DNA of 64,000 nt, taken from the NCBI GenBank assembly GCA_964016885.1, contig OZ024742.1, positions 2,170,001-2,234,000 of the forward strand, given 5' to 3'. Under the pieces are notes generated by a model. That model ran no database searches and was not told where the DNA came from. It saw nothing but the letters and a program-made list of their open reading frames with translations. This stretch comes from Eledone cirrhosa. Its lineage: Eukaryota. The translations under genes were made by a program, and so were the position numbers. Below are positions 12,851 to 27,067 of this stretch, one piece after another. The stretch's first letter is position 1, and the number at the start of each line of letters is the position of its first letter.

Positions 12851-12924
12851 TATATATAGAAGTAGTAACACAACAGTTATTTCACCATACCGAGAACAAT
12901 TGTTTCACCATACCGAATCTTCAG

Positions 12925-13032
<108 letters not shown>

Positions 13033-13586
13033 GAAGGGAGTCGGCCCTGTACTTGCTTTGTATTTTATCAACCCAGAAGCAATGAAAAGTATTACTATGG
13101 CGTGTTCTGAACTAAGAACCGACACAGAACAAATATCACAAGGTATTCCATCTGACGTAAAACGACGTAACTATATGCCGCAAAGTATGTTGTCTGACGC
13201 GCTACTGATTACTGCCAATCCACTATCCTAGCCACTTAGACTATAATACAAGATGAACTGTATTTGTAATTCAAAGGACCAGAGTCCCAGTCCCCTTTAG
13301 GGTGAACCAGTAAATTATAAAAAAGGGACATGGCTGAATGACATCATAATCCGTCACTGGTAATTATCACAACGAGTGATAATTATAGCAAAACTTCTTG
13401 AGAGGGTCGTAGTGGAGTTCTCAAACACTTTCTAAACTCCTCTAAGTGGTGGTGGTTCCTATCATTTTTAGAGGGCCCTCGCTTTATTTTCTATTGCAAT
13501 ATATTTTAAATCTGTTATTTGTTTGCATTGCTGTCTTGCATTTTTGCACCTGCCCCATTTAACATGTATCTATACTCTCCTCCGAA

Positions 13587-13730
13587 AGGCGGCGGATCGT
13601 TAGAATATAGGATAGAATGCTTTGCAGAATTCGTTTCGACTTTCTACTTTAACTTCAAATCCCGCCAAAGTGAACTTTGATTTTTACCCATTCGAGGTCG
13701 ATAAAGCAAGTCCCAGTCTAGAACTGCGGG
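13587..13730 (+). mobile_element. Old diverged S1-related SINE
   Basis: TTCAAATCCCGCC..ACTTTG...TTCGAGGTCGATAAA; other old copies near 12010-12110 (-), 18860-18985, 20200-20375 and 54060-54195 (-). Confidence 0.55.
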
Positions 13731-14400
13731 CGATTATTCTTCTAAATCTCTTTCTCACTTTCATTCTCCCACTCTCTTTATCCTTCACTGGAAGAAATTT
13801 GCTGTTTTTAGACCTGGAGAGGAGATGGGCTCTGCCAGGTTTAACAAATGCCCCAGAAACGCCGTATGTCAATGTGGACCTCCTACGAGCCCTTCAGGAG
13901 TTAGGGGGTCAGAGATACATACATACCACATTCCCAACAAGCTTGTGACATGGTGGTCAGGGTGTTCAACCTAGTATATCTGAAGGTCCTGGATTTCATG
14001 TTGTGCCAGTCCACTTAATTGTAACTGTAGTTGAAAGGACCAGCCATGTTAGAAACTCTATCACCCTGAATATCCCCAAGAACACGTCACAGGTGCACGT
14101 GCCTATGGAATGTTCAGCACACGTGTCTATTGATTTCACACGCCGGTTGTTTTGTTGTTCGATCAACAAGATCACACGTTGTTGAAACTGACATTTAACG
14201 TCATATTAATTGTCATGATTTTAGATAAAGAAACCTTTTGTAGTTTATGTGGTGAGCTTTTGTAGCAATTAAAGCAAGGTATCTACCAGAAGTCCTTTTA
14301 CTGCTGGTCCCTACCATTTGGGGCGTAACTCTTTTTCTGTTCTATTGTCATATATTTGTTTCATTGCCGATTTTTGTGTTCGCTCCAGTTCCATTTATTG

Positions 14401-14540
<140 letters not shown>

Positions 14541-15457
14541 ACTGTTTGTTTCTAATGATTTTTATATAAAACGGTTTTTATTAAAATCCTACATATTTTC
14601 CTGAACTAAGTCTTGTGCCAACTTTTGAACTTTAATCTCTGTGATTTACTTGTAAGAAAATCGAAAAAATAATATATATTATTTAACAAAACAGATCAAA
14701 CAAACATAAAAGATAACAAGTTTCAGTAAAATAAAGAAGATATTTGATTAAACTTGAGACGTTCTACTACAGCTAAGGTGACACTTCGTTGTTTGTTCAT
14801 ACCAGTCGCCAGATGTCGTTGCTTACTTTTCTTTTGAAATGTCTTTTCATACGTTTGTTGTTTGTTCGTTCTGAAGTTGTGTTAATCGCGAGTTCCTGCT
14901 TATTTAAATTATACAAAGATACCAAAAATAATACTAAGTAATAATAATAATGAAATAATAGAGAAGAAATGGGAGGAGTAAGAAGCTATGAAATAGATTT
15001 GGATAGTTAAAGGGGACCAGTTTAGTAGTGTTTAAGTAGCTGTCGGTCTATTAAAGAAATTGTTCGTGTATTGATGTTGTATCATCTATTTTAAAAGGGA
15101 TCAGTCCTTTAGTGAGAAGAAAACCCAGTGAAAGTGTAAAGAGGAAAAAGGAAAGAGAAGCAAAAAAAGAAAAAAGAAACAGAAAAAGAGAAAAAGTGAA
15201 AAAGAAAGCTAAATAGATAGATAGATAGATAGATAGATCGATAGATAGATAGATAGATGACTGGGAGGACGACCATTTGTTAATAACAATTATGTGTACA
15301 ATAGTAAGAATGGATCGGATATCAGTTCTATAAATCACCATTTTTTACAACAAAAGTAGTTTATTGGAAGAATTTTATTTGATTTGAATTGAAAACAAAG
15401 AAAAGTTGCGAGTGAGAAGAATCTGATTTACAACGCCATCTTTTAAACTGAAGCATT

Positions 15458-15732
15458 AAGACTCCATTCAGTCTCCGTTAAGACTCCGTTAAGACTCCAT
15501 TAAGACTCCGTTAAGACTCCATTAAGACTCCGTTAAGACTCCGTTAAGACTCCATTAAGACTCCGTTAAGACTCCATTAAGACTCCGTTAAGACTCCGTT
15601 AAGACTCCGTTAAGACTCCGTTAAGACTCCATTAAGACTCCGTTAAGACTCCGTTAAGACTCCATTAAGACTCCGTTAAGACTCCGTTAAGACTCCGTTA
15701 AGACTCCGTTAAGACTCCGTTAAGACTCCGTT
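15458..15732. repeat. 11-bp tandem array (AAGACTCCRTT)n, about 25 units
   Basis: Direct; flanked on both sides by AAGCATT. Confidence 0.95.
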
Positions 15733-16590
15733 AAGCATTTTGATACCTAACTGCCTGGAACTATTTCTAGTTCTCCCATACATAAATGCTTGTTTTAAGT
15801 GTTTATATTTATCTAAAACCCCATCAAAATTTAAAGTGAGAACCTTTAAGTTAGGCTCTAAATAGAAGTTTTATTGTTAAATACAGCAAAATTCTTGATT
15901 TTTTTCCAGAATAATTTGAAAACTATAGACAGTGTTTTTCATTAGAAATATAATAAGGGAAAGAGTTAAACGAAATGTAGAGTGAAAAGGTATGACTTGA
16001 TGAACTGCATTAATATAAAGTGCCTGCGAGAACCCGAGACGAACGGAACATAGCTACTAATTCACTGACTAAATTATATTATATATGACTAAATAAAACA
16101 AAAATAACTGCAGCTCTTGCAATGACTTGCGAAATATCACACAGAATATAATTAAAAGCATTATTCTCAAACGAACTGCTCTCACAGGAATTGCTACATT
16201 CTCTAATTCTTGCAAATTCCCTTCCCAGCTGCAAGAGAAACACCCACCCCCCGCCCCTCCAAAAAGAAAACTTGGTATTTTAGTTGATAAGAACACTTTG
16301 GAGCAATCACCAACGTTGCTGTGTTTTTTGGTAATTTTTTTACGAAAACAGAAATTACATTTGGAATTTTGGTAAATAGTTACACAAATCGCTACTATTT
16401 CATTGGGTAAGTTTCAAATACATTTTAAATATTTCTCCCACCTGCACATACACTCGGGTCTATATATAATTGACTGCTTTATATGCAGGTTTCTACATGA
16501 ATGTATGTATGTGTTTATATCTGTGTTTATACATGTATGTATAAACGTATGTGTGTGTTTATGTATGTATGTATGAATGCATGCATGTAT

Positions 16591-17100
16591 AGAGATGACC
16601 CCTTAGCCTTTGTCAAGGCAGAATTCTAGGAGAAGGAAAACTCTGATATAACACCTGCAACCCTGATGGTATCCAATGATGTTGACTTGTTCTTCTTTTT
16701 GGTAAATATCATCTTGGTTAAGAGAGTGGGACTGGCTTTGTGCAGTGCTTTTGCTCACTATAAAAGCTTCACGGCACAGGCATTGCTTTATATCTGGAGA
16801 TCTCTCTGCACTTGTCGTCACATGGTACCATGGGCCCACACTATGTGTCAATAATTGTCACAAGTGTAGTGTTTGTACCAGAGTTTTCAAGTCGCTGGCT
16901 GGACTAAAAAATCACACTTGTTCAGCGCATCGGTAGGGGTTCTCCTACATGGATATAAAGTAGTGGCCGTACTCGAAAACGAGTTGGCAGCCACCATGTA
17001 TGTATGTATGTATGTATGTATGTATGTATGTATGTATGTATGTATGTATGTATGTATGTATGTATGTATGTATGTTTGTATGTATTATGTATGTATGTAT
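16591..17100 (+). mobile_element. 5'-truncated non-autonomous RTE-derived element (family R) with (TATG)n tail
   Basis: Encodes a C-terminal C2H2 remnant [17 protein letters not shown]; ends GGCAGCCACC(ATGT)n. Confidence 0.85.
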
Positions 17101-17111
17101 ATATGTACACA

Positions 17112-17572
17112 TCAAAGGGCAAAGGAGCTCTTAAGAGTCAATGGCCATCCAATATCACCGGGAGAGATGATCCCTTAGCCTTTGTCAAGGCAGAATTCTA
17201 GGAGAAGGAAAACTCTGATATAACACCTGCAACCTTGATGGTATCCAATGGTGTTGACTTGTTCTTCTTTTTGGTAAATATCATCTTGGTTAAGAGAGTG
17301 GGACTGGCTTTGTGCAGTGCCTTTGCTCACTATAAAAGCTTCACGGCACAGGCATTGCTTTATATTTGGAGATCTCTCTGCACTTGTCGTCACATGGTAC
17401 CATGGGCCCAGCACTATGTGTCAATAATTGTCACAAGTGTAGTGTTTGTGCCAGAGTTTTCAAGTCACTGGCTGGGCTAAAAAGTCACACTCGTTCAGCG
17501 CATCGGTAGGGGTTCTCCTACATGGATATAAAATAGAGGCCGTACTCGAAAACGAGTTGGCAGCCACCATGT
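17112..17572 (+). mobile_element. Family R element, 5'-truncated, directly after the previous copy's tail
   Basis: Near-identical to 16591-16995 and 49813-50420. Confidence 0.85.
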
Positions 17573-17650
17573 ATATATATATATGTAAAGGTGCATCATG
17601 TCTTTATTCCTATTTCTTCCTCTCTCTTTCTCTTTTTCTTTTTCACTCAA

Positions 17651-17686
17651 TCTTCTGACGAAGCACTAGTATCCGAAACGTTACGA
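17651..17686 (+). ncRNA. Decayed minimal hammerhead (family F PLE terminus)
   Basis: TCTT-CTGACGA-AGCACTAGTATCC-GAA-ACGT-T-ACGA; homologue at 53020-53055 (-). Confidence 0.55.
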
Positions 17687-17781
17687 CTCTTTCCTTCTAT
17701 ATCAAAGGTTAAACTAATATAATACTCTATTGTACTGTGTTGTTTGCTTTGTTGTTTCTGTTGTTTAGTTCTTGCGTCCCC

Positions 17782-18132
<351 letters not shown>

Positions 18133-18297
18133 CCTCAATCACTTGACAGAGATGTAGATAAATTCTTTCAACGTTATCTACTTCAAGTCTTCATCTTTTC
18201 AACTTCAAAACTTCAACTTGACAAATGTTGAACTTTAAACGTCTCAGCACATTCTCTCTTTGTTTTTTATTACCGATTCCTTGCTTGGTTTTGGAAA

Positions 18298-18744
18298 TGG
18301 TTGGCGGTAGTAGTGGTGGCAGTAGTGGTGGTTGTGGTGGTGATGGTGGTGTGAATGGTGGTGGGAGTGGTAGTGGTGTTGGTAGTAGTGGTGGCCGTAG
18401 TGGTGGTTGTGGTGGTTGTGATGGTGGTGGGAGTGGTGGTGGTTTTGGTAGTGGTGGTGGTAGTAGTGGTGGCAGTAGTGGTGGCAGTAGTGGTGGTTGT
18501 GGTGGTGATGCTGGTGGGAGTGGTGGTGGTTTTGGTAGTGGTGGTGGTAGTAGTGGTGGCAGTAGTGGTGGTTGTGGTGGTGATGGTGGTGGGAATTGTG
18601 GTGGTTTTGGTAGTGGTGGTGGTAGTAGTGGTGGCAGTAGTGGTGGTTGTGGTGGTGGTGATGGTGGTGGGAGTGGTGGTGGTTTTGGTAGTGGTGGTCG
18701 TAGTGGTGGTTGTGGTTGTGGTGGTGGTGGTGGTGATGGTAGTT

Positions 18745-18786
<42 letters not shown>
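18298..18786. repeat. GGT/AGT-rich minisatellite (~60-65 bp higher-order unit) ending in (TAG)n
   Basis: Direct. Confidence 0.9.
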
Positions 18787-19246
18787 ATATAAATGTTCTC
18801 CCACTGTTATTGTTTTGTTGTTTAACCCAAGGCAACCCTGAGTAGTAAGAATTGTGAGAGTCGTTAGATCGTCAGATAGAGTGTTTTGTGGTATTCCGGC
18901 TCTCTGAGTTCAAATCCTACTGAGATCAACTTTGCCATTCATTCTCTCGAGGTCTGTAAAAAATGTACCAATCTAGTACTGGAGTCAATTCTTCCTCTAT
19001 ACCTATTTCTCACCCCCATTCTCTCCCTCCCTGTATTTCTCTAGAAGAAGTCTGCTGTATTCAGACCTGGAGAGGAGATAGACTCCGCCAGGTTTAAAAA
19101 GAAATACCCTAGAAATGCTGTCAATACAACATCCCTACGACTCCATCAAGAGTTACGGGATCATCCAACCCTAATGGAATGGACCTATGATCAAACGTGT
19201 TCCAGATATGACTATTCTATTTCTACTTTATTTAAGACAACATTAT

Positions 19247-19436
19247 GGTGGATTGGCAGTATCGGTAGAGGGTCTGACGCCATGCTTTGCAGCAAAGAGT
19301 TACGGCCCTTTATGGTCTGTGTTCAAATCCTGCCGAGGTTAACTTTGCCTTTCATCCTTACGGGGTCGATAAAATAAAGTACCAGTAATGCACTAGGATA
19401 ATTGCTAGCCTTGTGCCAAAAGTAGAAACAATTATT
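19247..19436 (+). mobile_element. SINE S1, full length
   Basis: Matches 683-872. Confidence 0.85.
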
Positions 19437-20504
19437 CTATGTATGTCGCTGTTTCTTAAAGTGAGGCTGCTATCTCTAGCATATTGAACGACCACTTCGT
19501 AGCTCTCTTGCTATCTCGCTTGTTAGAAGTGAGGTTGCTATCTCTAGCATATTGAACGACCACTTCGTAGCTCTCCTGCAAGCTCGCTTGTTAGAAGACA
19601 TATTTGATATCTAAGTGATATAAAATATGTCTACTAGCAATGTCCTTCTCTACCTCTATTTATGGAGAGTACTTAAGGGAGGAAACTATTCATCATCTGC
19701 TTTCAATCTAAGCCGACATTTTTAAATGAAAAAGGAATCTTTCAATTTCACTTCCACTTTACACGTGGAGGACATTAAAATTTCAGTGAAAATCTTTTTT
19801 AGAAATTTTATAGAAAAAAAATACCAGAAAATTCAATTTTATTTCTATGGTGATTGATTGTATCATGAGTACAGGCTGACGTTGGGTTTAGGGTGTTTCG
19901 TGAGTGTTTGTGGACTGATTGGAACAATAACAGTCTTATGTACGTACACACACACACACATACACTCTCTCTCTCTCACACACACACATACACACGCACA
20001 CATACACTGTCTCTCTCTCTCACACACATATATATAGAGAGAGTGTGTAAACATCTCAGAAACAACCACTCTGTATCAGTGTTATAATGTTAAATGTTAT
20101 GTTTGTCAAGATTAAACCTTCTCAGTCTGGTTGTCTTAGAATTTGTAGCTTCTCAAATATTTACATCTCAAATGATATCAATCCTATAGTAGATTGGTAG
20201 AATTGATAGAATTGGTAGAGTTGGTAGAGTTGGTAGAATTGGTAGAGTTGGTAGAATTGGTAGAGCGTCAGACATATGACTAGTTGGAAACTTTTGTGTT
20301 CTCAGATCAAATCCTGTCGAGATCAAATTTACCTTCCACCTCTCCTCCGGTGGGGTGGAAAGTATTACCAGTGGGGCAACATATTGTTATCATGTTAGTA
20401 ATAGAAATGGAACAACCTACTGTTCATGAAATTTATCTTCAAGTGTCTGAACATTCCACAGATACTTGTACCGTTAGCGTAATTGACACTCTGTCAAGGC
20501 TAGC

Positions 20505-20885
20505 CCTTCTTCTTCTTCTTCTTCTTCTTCTTCTTCTTCTTCTTCTTCTTCTTCTTCTTCTTCTTCTTCTTCTTCTTCTTCTTCTTCTTCTTCTTCTTCT
20601 TCTTCTTCTTCTTCTTCTTGGTTTTGCCAGTAAAACATGTCCAGCAATTATTTCCTCAGACATTCTAACCACATGTCCTCCATAGTATCTGAGCTGTGAT
20701 CTCTCAATTCGGAGAAGTAACGGCTCTGCCAGGAGTGACTCTCGGATCTCTGAGCTATGCACTTTATCGAGTAACCTTACTCCAAAACCCGTGGGAGGAA
20801 CCCCATTTCGGTTGCTTGTATTCACGATCGTACCTTTCTATCATTACCCAAGATTCATGACCATAGGCAAAGGTTTTGACGAATA
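20505..20885 (-). mobile_element. RTE-clade LINE 3' fragment with (GAA)n tail
   Basis: YGHESWVM..RLLDKVHSSEIRESLLAEPLLLRIERSQLRYYGGHVVRM; (CTT)n at 20505-20619. Confidence 0.8.
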
Positions 20886-20904
20886 CCAAATTGAAGGTTG
20901 CGAG

Positions 20905-21316
20905 TGTCTCAATTAGTGTTGCCAAGACTGAGACACTCAGTGATGTGAAGACTGAGACACTCAATTAGTGTTGCCAAGACTGAGACACTCAGTGATGTGA
21001 AGACTGAGACACTCAATTAGTGTTGCCAAGACTGAGACACTCAGTGATGTGAAGACTGAGACACTCAATTAGTGTTGCCAAGACTAAGACACTCAGTGAT
21101 GTGAAGACTGAGACACTCAATTAGTGTTGTGAAGACTGAGGCACTCAATTAGTGATGTGAAGACTGAGACACTCAATTAGTGTTGTGAAGACTGAGGCAC
21201 TCAATTAGTGATGTGAAGACTCAGACACTCAATTAGTGATGTGAAGACTCAGACACTCAATTAGTGATGTGAAGACTCAGACACTCAATTAGTGATGTGA
21301 AGACTCAGACACTCAT
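20905..21316. repeat. Minisatellite of 28-bp and 23-bp units (AAGACTGAGACACTCA...)
   Basis: Direct; a 51-bp dimer repeats three times, then 28-bp monomers follow. Confidence 0.9.
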
Positions 21317-22098
21317 TTTCTCTAGGTCCTTTGGACTATGAATATAATTCATTTTTCCCCAGCTGAGTAGACTAGAGCAACATGAAATAAAATGTTTTAC
21401 TCAAGAACACAACACAACTCACCACCGAGAATAGAACTCTCAACCTTTTGTGAACCAAGTATGCTAATCACTAAGCACGTGCCTTTACTTTAAAGTATCG
21501 AGGTAGATATAATCGGTTATACCGCCAAACACTATAAAATAGCTGCTCCCGAGTTAATGTAACAAGAGGAACATTGTCAAAGATTTTCTCCCAACAAACG
21601 TTTCTATTTAACAAACAAAACGAAAGAACATTTGCTCTTATAATTTATTCTGTCGACAGAAACAAATAAGTAATATAATATAAATACATATGTTACAACT
21701 TATTTTATAACACCAATCCATTATACGAAATATAAATATAGTTTCATAAAAGATTTGGGTCTTAAAGAATTTTTGAAATAAAATAAAATAAAAACGAGAT
21801 AAAATGAAGAAATAAATGTATGCATTCGTCCATGGAATCAGACACATATTTACTGCATATGTAAAAAATTATCTCTACAGCAGTCCATTAAACAAATGTG
21901 TTGTATGTATAGTGTGTTAGGTTGTTTATTAAACAAATAGGAAATATAAGACAGGGGTTAAGGAAACTTCATGAAATTAGTTCTATATATGTGTGTGACT
22001 GTAATTAGAATAACAAAGAACTATTGTTATAAGCTACCCCTCAATATCTCTCTCTCAAAGATCGTCCTAATTCTGAGGTATATATTTGTGTATATATT

Positions 22099-22162
<64 letters not shown>

Positions 22163-22236
22163 GTGAGATAAAGAGGGAGACAGAAAGAGATGGAGACAGG
22201 GAGCGAGACAGAGAGGGAGAGAAAGAAAAAAAAAGA

Positions 22237-22309
<73 letters not shown>

Positions 22310-22848
22310 GAGTAAGAGAAAGAGCTTATTAGATACAAAAGATTTAAGAACTTAAGAACCGTAAAAACAAGGTTGTTAAAAGAGGAAAGACAGTTGTTAA
22401 GGACCAAAGCATCATTATTAAGTATCCAGACATTATTAGGTATGAAACCTACCTTAAGGACCAAAGTAACGTTGCTAAGTGACAAGATAAGGTCGGCAAG
22501 GACCGAAACAACGAAGAATGTTTGTAAGAATAAAAACAATATTGTTAAGGAATAAAGCATATATTAAGGACCAACAGAGAAATGTTAAGTAAGAAAAGAT
22601 TGTTAAGGGACAAACAAACGTTAGTAAGCAGAATAACGTTGTTAAAGGCCCAATATAAACCCTCTTAGTGACAGAGCATGCTAGAAATAGCAGCCAGATT
22701 CTTTTCAAAAATGTACGTAGATCGAAAGCTTTAGTTGTCAATAGTAGAGGTAGCTCTCTAAACTTCTTCAATCCTACCCTCATCCTAGCTATTATACTCT
22801 CAGGCCACCCTCCTTCATGTGTTTACGCGCGCGCGCAGTGTGTGTGTT

Positions 22849-22895
<47 letters not shown>

Positions 22896-23354
22896 ATGTG
22901 CGTGTGTGTGTGTGTGTGAGTGTGTGTAGGATGAAACCTAATGTTCAATGTGTATTGTTGTTACAACAACGCAACTTTAACTGATTCACAAATGTTTGCT
23001 TTACTTTAAGAAAAACAGTTTTATAGAGATATTCTTTTTATTCCTGGAGAGTTGAAGAGGCGGAGCGGGGTGAGTAGTGGCGGTGGCGGTGTTGTATTTA
23101 TTATATGAAGTCATTTTTCCACTTGGTTAGCAGCAACCCCCACAGTTGTAAGACAGACCTGCCCAACCCTGGGCTGTCTCATCGTAAGAGAAACTGCCCA
23201 ACCCTGGGCTGTCTCATCGTAAGAGAAACTCCTTACCATCGTAATAAGATACTTCACCACTCAACATTGTTTCCTAACAACAGATGGCAACTGGCTTTAC
23301 TACAACAGCTTCAATCTAAAACCTATTCTTAATTCAACAACACATCTCTTTGTT

Positions 23355-26300
23355 TGTATGTATGTATGTATGTATGTATGTATGTATGTATGTATGTATG
23401 TATGTATGTATGTATGTATGTATGTATGTATGTATGTATGTATGTATGTATGTATGTATGTATGTATGTATGTATGTATGTATGTATGTATGTATGTATG
23501 TATGTATGTATGTATGTATGTATGTATGTATGTATGTATGTATGTATGTATGTATGTATGTATGTATGTATGTATGTATGTATGTATGTATGTATGTATG
23601 TATGTATGTATGTATGTATGTATGTATGTATGTATGTATGTATGTATGTATGTATGTATGTATGTATGTATGTATGTATGTATGTATGTATGTATGTATG
23701 TATGTATGTATGTATGTATGTATGTATGTATGTATGTATGTATGTATGTATGTATGTATGTATGTATGTATGTATGTATGTATGTATGTATGTATGTATG
23801 TATGTATGTATGTATGTATGTATGTATGTATGTATGTATGTATGTATGTATGTATGTATGTATGTATGTATGTATGTATGTATGTATGTATGTATGTATG
23901 TATGTATGTATGTATGTATGTATGTATGTATGTATGTATGTATGTATGTATGTATGTATGTATGTATGTATGTATGTATGTATGTATGTATGTATGTATG
24001 TATGTATGTATGTATGTATGTATGTATGTATGTATGTATGTATGTATGTATGTATGTATGTATGTATGTATGTATGTATGTATGTATGTATGTATGTATG
24101 TATGTATGTATGTATGTATGTATGTATGTATGTATGTATGTATGTATGTATGTATGTATGTATGTATGTATGTATGTATGTATGTATGTATGTATGTATG
24201 TATGTATGTATGTATGTATGTATGTATGTATGTATGTATGTATGTATGTATGTATGTATGTATGTATGTATGTATGTATGTATGTATGTATGTATGTATG
24301 TATGTATGTATGTATGTATGTATGTATGTATGTATGTATGTATGTATGTATGTATGTATGTATGTATGTATGTATGTATGTATGTATGTATGTATGTATG
24401 TATGTATGTATGTATGTATGTATGTATGTATGTATGTATGTATGTATGTATGTATGTATGTATGTATGTATGTATGTATGTATGTATGTATGTATGTATG
24501 TATGTATGTATGTATGTATGTATGTATGTATGTATGTATGTATGTATGTATGTATGTATGTATGTATGTATGTATGTATGTATGTATGTATGTATGTATG
24601 TATGTATGTATGTATGTATGTATGTATGTATGTATGTATGTATGTATGTATGTATGTATGTATGTATGTATGTATGTATGTATGTATGTATGTATGTATG
24701 TATGTATGTATGTATGTATGTATGTATGTATGTATGTATGTATGTATGTATGTATGTATGTATGTATGTATGTATGTATGTATGTATGTATGTATGTATG
24801 TATGTATGTATGTATGTATGTATGTATGTATGTATGTATGTATGTATGTATGTATGTATGTATGTATGTATGTATGTATGTATGTATGTATGTATGTATG
24901 TATGTATGTATGTATGTATGTATGTATGTATGTATGTATGTATGTATGTATGTATGTATGTATGTATGTATGTATGTATGTATGTATGTATGTATGTATG
25001 TATGTATGTATGTATGTATGTATGTATGTATGTATGTATGTATGTATGTATGTATGTATGTATGTATGTATGTATGTATGTATGTATGTATGTATGTATG
25101 TATGTATGTATGTATGTATGTATGTATGTATGTATGTATGTATGTATGTATGTATGTATGTATGTATGTATGTATGTATGTATGTATGTATGTATGTATG
25201 TATGTATGTATGTATGTATGTATGTATGTATGTATGTATGTATGTATGTATGTATGTATGTATGTATGTATGTATGTATGTATGTATGTATGTATGTATG
25301 TATGTATGTATGTATGTATGTATGTATGTATGTATGTATGTATGTATGTATGTATGTATGTATGTATGTATGTATGTATGTATGTATGTATGTATGTATG
25401 TATGTATGTATGTATGTATGTATGTATGTATGTATGTATGTATGTATGTATGTATGTATGTATGTATGTATGTATGTATGTATGTATGTATGTATGTATG
25501 TATGTATGTATGTATGTATGTATGTATGTATGTATGTATGTATGTATGTATGTATGTATGTATGTATGTATGTATGTATGTATGTATGTATGTATGTATG
25601 TATGTATGTATGTATGTATGTATGTATGTATGTATGTATGTATGTATGTATGTATGTATGTATGTATGTATGTATGTATGTATGTATGTATGTATGTATG
25701 TATGTATGTATGTATGTATGTATGTATGTATGTATGTATGTATGTATGTATGTATGTATGTATGTATGTATGTATGTATGTATGTATGTATGTATGTATG
25801 TATGTATGTATGTATGTATGTATGTATGTATGTATGTATGTATGTATGTATGTATGTATGTATGTATGTATGTATGTATGTATGTATGTATGTATGTATG
25901 TATGTATGTATGTATGTATGTATGTATGTATGTATGTATGTATGTATGTATGTATGTATGTATGTATGTATGTATGTATGTATGTATGTATGTATGTATG
26001 TATGTATGTATGTATGTATGTATGTATGTATGTATGTATGTATGTATGTATGTATGTATGTATGTATGTATGTATGTATGTATGTATGTATGTATGTATG
26101 TATGTATGTATGTATGTATGTATGTATGTATGTATGTATGTATGTATGTATGTATGTATGTATGTATGTATGTATGTATGTATGTATGTATGTATGTATG
26201 TATGTATGTATGTATGTATGTATGTATGTATGTATGTATGTATGTATGTATGTATGTATGTATGTATGTATGTATGTATGTATGTATGTATGTATGTATG

Positions 26301-26754
26301 TATGTATGTATGTATGTATGTATGTATGTATGTATGTATGTATGTATGTATGTATGTATGTATGTATGTATGTATGTATGTATGTATGTATGTATGTATG
26401 TATGTATGTATGTATGTATGTATGTATGTATGTATGTATGTATGTATGTATGTATGTATGTATGTATGTATGTATGTATGTATGTATGTATGTATGTATG
26501 TATGTATGTATGTATGTATGTATGTATGTATGTATGTATGTATGTATGTATGTATGTATGTATGTATGTATGTATGTATGTATGTATGTATGTATGTATG
26601 TATGTATGTATGTATGTATGTATGTATGTATGTATGTATGTATGTATGTATGTATGTATGTATGTATGTATGTATGTATGTATGTATGTATGTATGTATG
26701 TATGTATGTATGTATGTATGTATGTATGTATGTATGTATGTATGTATGTATGTA

Positions 26755-26821
<67 letters not shown>

Positions 26822-26940
26822 ATGTATGTGTGTGTGTGTATGTATGTATGTATGTATGTATGTATGTATGTATGTATGTATGTATGTATGTATGTATGTG
26901 TGTGTGTATGTATGTATGTATGTATGTATGTATGTATGTG
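23355..26940. repeat. ~3.4-kb uninterrupted (TATG)n (23355-26760) followed by a TG/TATG compound
   Basis: Direct; source of the three ~1200-aa MYVC ORFs. Confidence 0.95.
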
Positions 26941-26944
26941 TTAT

Positions 26945-26984
<40 letters not shown>

Positions 26985-27029
26985 GAGAGTAAAACAAAAA
27001 AGCCTTCAATACATCAAAAGTCTTTATTA

Positions 27030-27067
27030 GCCGACAATGTTTCGTCCTATTGAGGACTCATCAGGGC
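27030..27067 (-). ncRNA. Canonical minimal type-I hammerhead ribozyme
   Basis: GCC-CTGATGA-GTCCT CAAT AGGAC-GAA-ACATTGT-C-GGC, followed by TAATAAA. Confidence 0.85.

Noticed and set aside
14804-14820. CTCF-like motifs (CGCCAGATGTCG; also CAACAGATGGCA near 23278)
   Set aside because: Partial matches that are expected by chance in 64 kb
15458-15732. CRISPR-like array (also considered for 20905-21316)
   Set aside because: No unique spacers, no cas genes, eukaryotic context
16603-16851. Recurrent ~80-aa ORFs (ERSPDIKQCLCREAF / MVSNDVDLFFF) as a gene family
   Set aside because: They recur only because they lie within family R copies; no recognisable domain
23350-27030. Three ~1200-aa ORFs (MYVC repeats), and all YI/HT/CV/poly-L/R/E/N ORFs
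   Set aside because: Translations of stop-free microsatellites; no coding evidence
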